Source: Patescibacteria group bacterium (GTDB lineage: Bacteria; Patescibacteriota; Patescibacteriia; JAZDEU01). From it: a DNA stretch of 64,000 nt. A program made the translations under genes and the position numbers. Each line of letters opens with the position of its first letter. Within the stretch, counting starts at the first letter, position 1. The notes beneath the pieces were generated by a model. The model worked only from the letters and a program-made list of their open reading frames with translations, ran no database searches and had not been told where the DNA came from. This document shows, one piece after another, positions 31,606 through 40,300 of the stretch. The DNA is taken from positions 783 through 64,782 of the forward strand of contig JBHPIX010000002.1 in assembly GCA_042568285.1 (NCBI GenBank). Direction: 5' to 3'.

Positions 31606-34600
31606 ACGGATATTTTTATAAATTTTTCAAAAGACCATTTTTGTCAAAAGAAAAAACTGAAGATTTGCTTAAACAAATTCAAAAAATAAAACCGCTAATT
31701 GAAAAAATTGAAACTGAAACAGTCTTTTATGTTCAAACTTCACGCAAACTTAATACAGACGAGCTTGAAAAATTAAAATGGTTTTTAATGGACGAGCATT
31801 ATCCTCAAAATTTTAAAGATTTATCTTTTTTGAGCGCCAGCAATGCTAACTTGTTTAATGTATCTCCGCTATCGCATTTTGAAACTCCTGAATCCACTAA
31901 CAGAACGGCAATATGTCAATTATGCGGGATTCCAGTTATAAAATTAGAGGTTGGAAAAAGATATTGGATTATGAAGAAATCTAGTTTTATAGGGGCTCAA
32001 ACAAGAAAACTAATTGCTAATCTGTTGCATGACAAAATGCTTGAATATGAGCATGAACAAATTCTGAAATCTTTTGGCATTGAAAAAAAACCTGAACCTC
32101 TTAAATATATTCCTGTTTTACAACAAGGAATACAATCTTTAAAACAAGCAAATGAAAAATATGGCACTGGAATGGATGAGCAGGATATAAACTATTATTA
32201 TTATCTTTTCACTGAACTATATAAACGAAATCCTACTGACGTTGAATTTTGCGGACTTGGAAACGCTAATTCAAACCACTCGCGACATTTTGATTTTAAC
32301 GCGAAAATTATTATTGACGGAAATGAAATGCCTTTTACTTTAATGGAAATTCTAAAAAGCACATTGAAAGATATAAATAAAAATAGTATTATTGCTTTCC
32401 ACGACAATCTATCAGCTATTCATGGTTTTCCTATTGATATACTTATTCCTCAAAAACCTGGTTTTTCATCATCAATGAGAATGGCTAATATTCTTTTGCA
32501 TTTAACGCTCACATGTGAAACTCATAATCATCCTTGCTTAATAGCGGCTTATCCCGGAGCGGCAACAGGTGGCGGAGGAGGCAGAAGAGACGGAGCAGCT
32601 GGAGGAAAAGGCAGTATGGTTGTATGCGCGTCAGCTGGTTTTTTATGCGGAAATCTTCTGCTACCAAATTATATTATGCCTTGGGAAGATGAATCTTTTC
32701 TTTATGATCATACTTTAGAATCTCCTTTAAGTTTTTTAATAAAAGCCACTAATGGATGTTATAACGACGGCAATGAATTTGGAGAGCCTGTAATTAGCGG
32801 CATCACTGATAGTTTTGGAATGTTAGTTGGAAAGGAAAGATGGGAATATATAAAGCCGGTTATGTTCACTGGAAGGTTCGGCGCCATTGATGACAAGCAT
32901 ACAAAAAAAGAGGAACCACAAAAAGGATGGTTTCTTATACATCTTGGAGGATTTGCGTATAGGGTAGGAGTATGCGGTGGATCAGCTTCCAGTATGATTA
33001 AAGGCGAAAATAAAGATGACCTTGATTTTAACTCTGTTCAGAGAGCCAATGGAGAAATGGCAAAAAAGGCTGATAATGTAATAAGGATGTGTGTTCAAAT
33101 GGGAGATGATAATCCTATAGCAAGTATACATGATCAGGGTGCTTGTGGAAAATTTAATTGCTTGCTAGAGCTTATGGGAAATCAAGGCGGTGAGATTAAG
33201 CTTCGCCAAATTCCTATTGGAGATAATACACTATCTCCTCTTGAAATTTTGGTAGCTGAATATCAAGAGAATTTTGGAATTCTTATTAAGCCTGGAAGAT
33301 GGGAAGAGTTTAAGAGAATTTGTGATCGTGAAAGATGTCCTTGCGCTATTTTGGGAACGATAACAGGAGACGGAAAAGCGATTGTTATTGATGAAAAAAA
33401 TGAAACTGTTCCAGTTGATCTTGAATTAAAACATGTATTTGCTGATTATCCGCAAAAAATTATTCATGACGAACATAGAAAACTTGATTTAAAACCTCTT
33501 GAAATTCCTGCTGACTTAACTTTCCGTAAAGCATTGGATTTAATTTTTCGGCATTTGGGAGTAGCGTCAAAAGCATGGGCTGTTCATAAAGTTGACCGAT
33601 CTGTAACAGGAAAAGTAAATCAACAGCAATGTGTCGGCCCGCTTCAGATTCCGCTTTCTAATTATTCTGCTATACAATTTAGTCCGTTTTCTAATGTTGG
33701 TGAAGCGAATTCACACGCTGTTCGTCCGAGAATTGGATTTATTTCCGCTGGGGCAATGGTAAGAATGACATTAGCTGAAGCAATGATTAAACTAATGCTT
33801 ATAAAGGTAACCGACAGAAAGGACATAAAAATTTCTGGTAATTGGATGCTCGCGGCAAAACTTCCCGGAGGAATGGCTTGGTTATATGACGCTACTGTTG
33901 CTTTAAGAGACGCTCTTGAAGCGACTGGAATTGACGAAGATGGCGGAAAAGATTCTTCTTCAATGGCAGCGAAAACTCCATCTGGCGACGGTTCTACTGA
34001 AATAGTAAAATCCCCAAGCACTTTTGTACTGTCAACTTATGTTGGTTGTCCTGATCTTACTAAAAAATTAACTCCTGACATTAAGGAGCATGGAAACAGC
34101 AGGCTCATATTTATTGATATTGCAAAAGGAAAAATGAGATTGGGAGGAAGCGTATTTGCTCAATGTTTAAATCAAATTGGACTAAAATGCCCTGATATTG
34201 ATGATAATAACTTCGACACTATAAATAAAACATTTGATCTTTTTCAAAAACTGCTTGACGAAAATCTAATTCTTAGCGCGCACAAAAAAAGCAAAGGAGG
34301 ATTGATAACTACTTTATGCGAAATGGCGTTTGGAGGGAACTGCGGGATTGAAATTGAATTAAAGCATCAGACAGCTTCGGTATTTGAAATGTTCCTTAAT
34401 GAAGAAGCTGGGCTAATTATTGAATGTCTTATTGGAGATGAAAGTGACATTTATCAGTATTTTTATGAGGTAGGATTAGGAGATATAATTTATACCCTAG
34501 GGCATACGACCACTGAAAAGAAAATTACCGTTATTTATAATGGTGAAAATGAAATCACAGAGTCTACAGACGACTTGCGAGCGCTTTGGAGCGAAACTTC

Positions 34601-35540
34601 TTATAATTTGGAGCTTATTCAATCTACTGTTTCTTGCGCGAATTCTGAAAGAAGAAACACCTATACTCGTTCTGGCGCGAATTATAAATTAACTTTTGAT
34701 CCTGATAAATATCCTTTAATATTAGACCAGAATATTAATAGACACAATGTAGCAATTATTAGAGAAGAAGGTTGCAACAGTGATGAGGAAATGAAAAATG
34801 CGTGCTTTGCCGCTGGGCTTATGCCATGGGATGTAACAATGACAGATTTAATAGAAGAAAGAATAAATTTAGATAATTTTGCTGGAATTGGATGGGTTGC
34901 GGGTTTTTCTTTTAAGGATGTGTTTGGCGCCGCTAAAGGATGGGCTGGAATTATAAAATATAATCCGCAAGCAGCAGAACAAATTGAAAAATTCTATTTA
35001 CGTGAAGATACATTTAGCTTTGGATTTTGCAATGGCGCGCAGTTGATGCTTGAATTAGGATTAGTTCCATATAAAATGGCTGCAAACATACAGCCAAAAT
35101 TCATAACAAACGACAGCGAAAAATTTGAGTCAAGATTTGTATCAGTTAGAATTGGTAATTCTCCCGCTATTATGCTTAATGGGATGGAAGGATCTATTCT
35201 GGGAGTTCACGCGGCGCATGGACAAGGAAAATTTTACACACTCAACTATGTATTATCATATATACTTCACGCGAATTTAGCTCCTATAAAATATGCTGAT
35301 GACGGTGGTAATCCCACAATGGTTTATCCTTTTAATCCTAATGGATCGTTAGAAGCTATCGCGGCATTATGTAGTGCTGATGGAAGGCATTTAGCTTTTA
35401 TGCTTCATCCTGAAAGAACCGCGTTTAAATTTCAATGGCACTATTGGCCAAAAGAATGGAAGCGCATTATAAACTCGCCATGGATTCGCATGTTCCAAAA
35501 CGCGAGACTATGGAGGGATAAATACGATAATTCGCATTGA
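31602..35540 (+). CDS. purL: Phosphoribosylformylglycinamidine synthase, large single-chain form
   Basis: It is 1312 aa, with TCETHNHP and duplicated AIR-synthase-like domains. The C-terminal glutaminase has catalytic GFCNGAQLM and HPER. Confidence 0.9.
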   Translation: MNGYFYKFFKRPFLSKEKTEDLLKQIQKIKPLIEKIETETVFYVQTSRKLNTDELEKLKWFLMDEHYPQNFKDLSFLSASNANLFNVSPLSHFETPESTNRTAICQLCGIPVIKLEVGKRYWIMKKSSFIGAQTRKLIANLLHDKMLEYEHEQILKSFGIEKKPEPLKYIPVLQQGIQSLKQANEKYGTGMDEQDINYYYYLFTELYKRNPTDVEFCGLGNANSNHSRHFDFNAKIIIDGNEMPFTLMEILKSTLKDINKNSIIAFHDNLSAIHGFPIDILIPQKPGFSSSMRMANILLHLTLTCETHNHPCLIAAYPGAATGGGGGRRDGAAGGKGSMVVCASAGFLCGNLLLPNYIMPWEDESFLYDHTLESPLSFLIKATNGCYNDGNEFGEPVISGITDSFGMLVGKERWEYIKPVMFTGRFGAIDDKHTKKEEPQKGWFLIHLGGFAYRVGVCGGSASSMIKGENKDDLDFNSVQRANGEMAKKADNVIRMCVQMGDDNPIASIHDQGACGKFNCLLELMGNQGGEIKLRQIPIGDNTLSPLEILVAEYQENFGILIKPGRWEEFKRICDRERCPCAILGTITGDGKAIVIDEKNETVPVDLELKHVFADYPQKIIHDEHRKLDLKPLEIPADLTFRKALDLIFRHLGVASKAWAVHKVDRSVTGKVNQQQCVGPLQIPLSNYSAIQFSPFSNVGEANSHAVRPRIGFISAGAMVRMTLAEAMIKLMLIKVTDRKDIKISGNWMLAAKLPGGMAWLYDATVALRDALEATGIDEDGGKDSSSMAAKTPSGDGSTEIVKSPSTFVLSTYVGCPDLTKKLTPDIKEHGNSRLIFIDIAKGKMRLGGSVFAQCLNQIGLKCPDIDDNNFDTINKTFDLFQKLLDENLILSAHKKSKGGLITTLCEMAFGGNCGIEIELKHQTASVFEMFLNEEAGLIIECLIGDESDIYQYFYEVGLGDIIYTLGHTTTEKKITVIYNGENEITESTDDLRALWSETSYNLELIQSTVSCANSERRNTYTRSGANYKLTFDPDKYPLILDQNINRHNVAIIREEGCNSDEEMKNACFAAGLMPWDVTMTDLIEERINLDNFAGIGWVAGFSFKDVFGAAKGWAGIIKYNPQAAEQIEKFYLREDTFSFGFCNGAQLMLELGLVPYKMAANIQPKFITNDSEKFESRFVSVRIGNSPAIMLNGMEGSILGVHAAHGQGKFYTLNYVLSYILHANLAPIKYADDGGNPTMVYPFNPNGSLEAIAALCSADGRHLAFMLHPERTAFKFQWHYWPKEWKRIINSPWIRMFQNARLWRDKYDNSH

Positions 35541-35561
35541 TCATTAACTTAAAATAAAAGA

Positions 35562-35600
35562 GGCGGAATATGTTTAATACATTTTCCGCCTTATTTTTTT
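35562..35600. terminator. Hairpin plus T-run between convergent purL and the pyrB fragment
   Basis: Stem ggcggaa (35562-35568) pairs with ttccgcc (35584-35590), followed by ttatttttttt. Confidence 0.5.
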
Positions 35601-35606
35601 TGGTAA

Positions 35607-36046
35607 TTACGTCAACAACATTTTTAAAAGAGCCATACGAACATATAATCCATTTTGTATCTGGCGAAAATATGCCGCGCGAGGATCAAGATCAACCTCT
35701 GATAAAATTTCTCCTGAACGGGGGAATGGATGCATAATAATTGATTTCTCTTTCATAATATCCAAAATACTTTGATCAATAATATATTTGCCATAAGCTT
35801 TTTCATATTCAGAGAGGTTTTCAAAACGTTCTCTTTGAATTCTGGTTTGATAAATCACATCTACTTCTTTTGCGACTTTTCGCAAATCAGATTCTTCTAT
35901 AAAAGTCGTATTATGCTTTAACAAATATTCTTTAACATCATCTTTCATTTTAACAACATCTGGCGCGACAAAATAAATTTTAATTCCATCAAATTTAGTA
36001 AGCAAATATGACAAAGAACGAACTGTCCTGCCAAATTTTAAATCTC
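35607..36046 (-). pseudogene. pyrB: Aspartate carbamoyltransferase, 3' half only (truncated at the IS boundary)
   Basis: The frame reads (R)DLKFGRTVRSLSYLL ... YQTRIQRERF ... IMHPFPRSGEI ... LLT*. The N-terminal carbamoyl-phosphate domain is absent. The reading frame runs straight into the left IR of the IS at 36047. Confidence 0.8.
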
Positions 36047-37139
36047 GGTTTAATAGACAAAAAGTGTTGGTAAAATTACCGTTTTTGTTGTAAGATTAGC
36101 TATAAACCAATAACAAATTTAAAATGATTTAAATTTATGGCTAATCTATCAAAAAAAACACTGTCTTTTTTGTAAAAAATCATCCGTTATTAAGTGGGGA
36201 AAAAAGAATAAAAAACAAAGATGGAAATGTAAAATTTGTAATAAAACTTTCTTTTGGACAAATGTTGGTACGAAACGAAATCAACAATTAAAAATATTCC
36301 AAAGATGGATAATTGGAAAAAGAACATTACAAGAATTATCAGACGAAAACGGAAAGTCAGTTCGCACTTTACAAAGATTATTTGAATATTTTTTAAACAA
36401 TCCACCTGTGTTGAAAATAAGACAAAATAATAATTGTCATTTATTTATCGATGGGACATATTTTACAAGAAAATTTTGTTTATTAAATTATTCTGATAAC
36501 GATTTGAAATATTTACAATTACAGACAATAGTTGAACGTGAAAATTATGACAATTATTTAACTGACTTAAAGTTATTAAAACATTCAGGTCTAACAATAG
36601 CCTCTATCACTTCAGATGGACAAAAAGGGCTAATTAAAGCAATAACTGAGGTATTCCCTAATGTAATTCATCAGCGATGTATTATTCATATATAGAGAAT
36701 GTGCTTAATATATTTAACACGACATCCGAAAACTTGGGCTGGCGAACAATTGCGAGATTTAGTAAGAGGATTGCATCAGATAAAAACTTTCCAAGAAAAG
36801 GATAAATGTATCCGTGAATTTAACAGCTGGAACAGAGTGTGGGATAAATTTTTAAAACAGAAAAGTGAAAGTCCGTCAGGTAGAAAATGGTATACTCATA
36901 AATTACTTCGTCGCGCAAGATCGTTAATACAAAATGCATTACCAGATATGTTTCATTATTTAGAAAATTCTAAGATTCCAAAATCAACAAATGGATTAGA
37001 AACTAAATTTTCTTATCTAAAAAATAATTTAAAAATTCACCGTGGTTTAATTGAAAAGAACAGAAAAAAATTCATTCTTTGGTATAATTATTTTAAGTAT
37101 AATTAACAAATTTTACCAACACTTTTTGTCTATTAAACC
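36047..37139 (+). mobile_element. 1093-bp insertion sequence with perfect 31-bp terminal inverted repeats and a decayed transposase
   Basis: The left IR is ggtttaatagacaaaaagtgttggtaaaatt (36047-36077). It is the exact reverse complement of 37109-37139. The immediate flanks (aaatctc | caaaacta) show no direct duplication. Confidence 0.85.
36137..37106 (+). pseudogene. DDE transposase (IS256/Mutator-like core with N-terminal zinc ribbon; family tentative), one frameshift plus one in-frame TAG
   Basis: MANLSKK runs into an A8 tract (36151-36158). The +1 frame continues HCLFCKKSSVIKWG...WKCKICNKTF...LFIDGTYF...ITSDGQKGLIKAITEVFPNVIHQRCIIHI, then TAG (36696-36698), then ...STNGLETKFSYLKNNLKIHRG. 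Confidence 0.75.
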
Positions 37140-37350
37140 CAAAACTACTATCCCTGAAAATATAATCTATCTTGTCTACATCAAAAGGGCCATTTATGAT
37201 ATGGGCAAGAAAAAGCTTTGATGGCTCTTTAGTCTTTCCTATAATATACTTAGCTACTGTATCCAAATCTATTGATATAGGATAATTTGACTCAATGTTT
37301 TTATGGATTAATCCAACACAAGACTTTAATTCTCTGGGAAGTGGATTGTC
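37140..37350 (-). pseudogene. HD-domain (dGTPase/SAMHD1-like dNTP triphosphohydrolase) fragment abutting the right IS end
   Basis: The minus-strand frame reads ...LIHKNIESNYPISIDLDTVAKYIIGKTKEPSKLFLAHIINGPFDVDKIDYIFRDSSF and then enters the IS IR. It has no start codon and overlaps the 5' end of the LamG ORF. Confidence 0.45.
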
Positions 37351-40300
37351 TTACGAGCAGATATTTATAAGTAAGTCTCCTACAAATGGCGCAGAAGAAG
37401 GAAGTTTTATTTTTAAAATTGATACAGATACAGATAAATTGCAATTTGGCGCGTTTGATAATGCAGGCGATGTTGTTGTTAATATTTTTGGTACGAATAC
37501 ATCTTGGAATGCTAATCAATGGTATCAAATAGCAATTACATTTAATGGGGCAGGTTATGAAGTTTATTTAGACGGTCAGTCGGATGGGTACACTACAGAT
37601 TCAGATTCGTTTGGTTCAACAGATCAAACATATTACATTGGAAGAGCTGGAAATGATGTAAATCCTCAATATTTCGACGGCCTCATAGACTCTGTCAGAA
37701 TATACAACCGAGCCCTAACCGCGAATGAAATAAGGGCGCATTATGATTTGGGAAGCCATATACAAGATGGGGATATGGAGGATGCTTCTGGCAGTCGTGT
37801 TGTTGGAGAATGGAATCAGTCAAGCGAGGGAGCGGAACTTTTAACAAATGGAGGATTTGAAACAGCTGGCGGTGGCGGAGCAGATGTTTGGGGAACATGG
37901 GCGGAAAACGCTGGGGATGGCGGGTTGGCGAATGAGACAAGTATAAAATACGCTGGTTCGGATGCGGCATCAACAACTGCTGGAAGTTTAACAGACACTT
38001 TTGTCAAACAAGCCGCGGCAGTTACCACTGGCAATATGTATAAGGCGACATTTTATACAAGAGGCGATGGAACATATTCAGGACAATACGCGATTTGGGA
38101 TGCCACAAATGATGCTGTTATAACAGCCACAACAACAGCTGGAATTACTGGAACAACATACACTAAATTTACAAAATATTTCACAGCGCCATCCAGTTGC
38201 GCGTCAGTTGATCTGCATTTATACGCGCCATCAACTGAAGGCGGAACCGCGTATTTTGACGATGCGTCTGTCATAGCCGCCCAAGTGGCGTCACCCGAAT
38301 CTGGAATTGTTCGCGCGGAAGATGGGCTTGTCGGGGGGTGGAATTTTAGTGGAACATCCGGGACATCCGCGGATGGGGATACTTTGACAGATGTGTCTGG
38401 AAACAGCAATGATGGAACAGGCGTTGATGGAGCTAATAATACTGGTTTAGGATTTGTGAGTGGTCGGTTTGGGACTGCGATTGAGTTTGATGGGGTGGAT
38501 GATTATGTTGATTGTGGAACGAATAGTAGTTTATTACCAAATATATTTACAGCCATAGCATGGGTTAAATATGATGGAAGTCAGACAGATGCACCTTTGA
38601 TTACTTGGGCTACAACTCAACCCGGGATTTATATCGAGTTCTTGAACGTCGGTCCACTTATCTATATTGGTGTTGAAAATTTTAGATACTTTGAAAAAGA
38701 TAGTCCAGTTGATGTATTTAATAATAAATGGCATCAGCTTGCTTTTGTAGTAACAGGTAATGCCCAAAACGATATTGATAATTCAAAATTATATGTTGAT
38801 GATAGAGAACAAGATATTAGGACTACTAACAATACTGGTACGCCCGACACAAAAACTTTTCTTAGAATTGGAGTTGGGCATTCGAATTATTTCAACGGCG
38901 CCATAGACTCCGTTCGCGTATATAACCGCGCCCTATCTGCAGGTGAAATAGTGGCGCATTATTCGTCCACACGAGGGAAGTTTGGGGAGTATTCCGCGAA
39001 GATAAAATTAGTAGATGATAATAGCAACAGTTATTTAGATGAAATATTAACTGATGATCAAGATTATCTGCTGTCATATTGGTATAAAGCAGGAGAAGAC
39101 AATGCTAATCCGATAAATTTTACAGCGTCTGGCACTGCCATAATGCTTCCTGAACAAAACATAATGGCTTCGTCCACAACCGGACTTGTGGGAGCTTGGA
39201 ATTTTGAGGAAGCGGCGACACCATCGGTAGATGTATCTGGAAATGGACATTCATTAACATGGAACGGAACAGCGGCAAAATCAACATCTGGAAAATTCGC
39301 AAACGCGATAGACTTAGATGGCGATAGCGATTATTTAAATAAAACAGATTCAGATAGTTTAGATTTAGCATCAGCCGCAACAATATCAGCATGGGTATAT
39401 TTAGATGATCTTGCTGCCCAACACTGCATTGCGGACAAAGGAACAAATTACGGAGTTCATATAGATACTTCAGGATATTTAACATGGGATAATGGAACAG
39501 AATATAAAGACACAACAGCAATAGCGGCAACAACATGGACGCATGCAGTAGTAGTTAATGATGGAACAACAGCAAGTTATTACATCAATGGAACTTACTC
39601 AAGCAATGACACAGCAGGATTCGCGGCTATAAACGCAAGCGATTTAAGAATAGGATATGATGGAACAAATTATTACCAAGGATTGATAGATAATTTGAGA
39701 ATATATAATAAAGCCCTAACTGCCTCTGAAGTGTATGAAAGCTATAAAGCAGGAGATTGGAGACAATATGAACTGTCATTTGAAGCAGACGCTGGAGTAG
39801 CAGGAGTCCATGCTTTTAGCTTTATTCAAGATGGAACAACAGCCGGCAACAGCATCGTTTATGTGGATAACTTTAGATTGGATAAAAATTTAGCGGATAA
39901 AGGTTCGTTTGAAGCTTTTTCCGGCGGAGACCCTGACATTCCAACTGGATGGGTAAATGAAAGTTTGTCAGCAGGAGAAGGGGACGAAGGCGATGAGGAA
40001 ATACATTCTGGAAGCAAAAGTTTTGAACTCATTGACGCCGACGATGGAGAAGGAATTATGCAGGGGATTACTGTGACATCTGGCAATTGGTACACATTTG
40101 GAATGTGGGCAAAAAATAATAATCAAGATGTGGAAGCAATAATAGGAGGAACAGCTCTCGCAAGCACAACCATTGATTTGACGACCGCGGGAAATATTTG
40201 GACAAAATTTAATAAAACATTTATCGCAAGCAGTACAGATTTGGCGATTTTAATTTCTGCCGGAGCCGCAACCCAAGACGGATATTTTGACGATGTAAGT

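Noticed and set aside
36190-36405. 71-aa minus-strand ORF inside the IS
   Set aside because: It is antisense to the recognisable zinc-ribbon/HTH part of the transposase, and its translation is low-complexity and hydrophobic. It is most likely spurious.
24374-37106. Stop-codon reassignment, suggested by in-frame TAA/TAG in the DinD-like gene and TAG in the transposase
   Set aside because: TAG and TAA terminate well-conserved housekeeping ORFs at their expected C-termini (argS TAG, aspS/ileS TAA, DGR target TAG). Very long ORFs are otherwise uninterrupted. Both affected genes are of mobile origin and carry additional lesions, so pseudogenisation is the simpler explanation.
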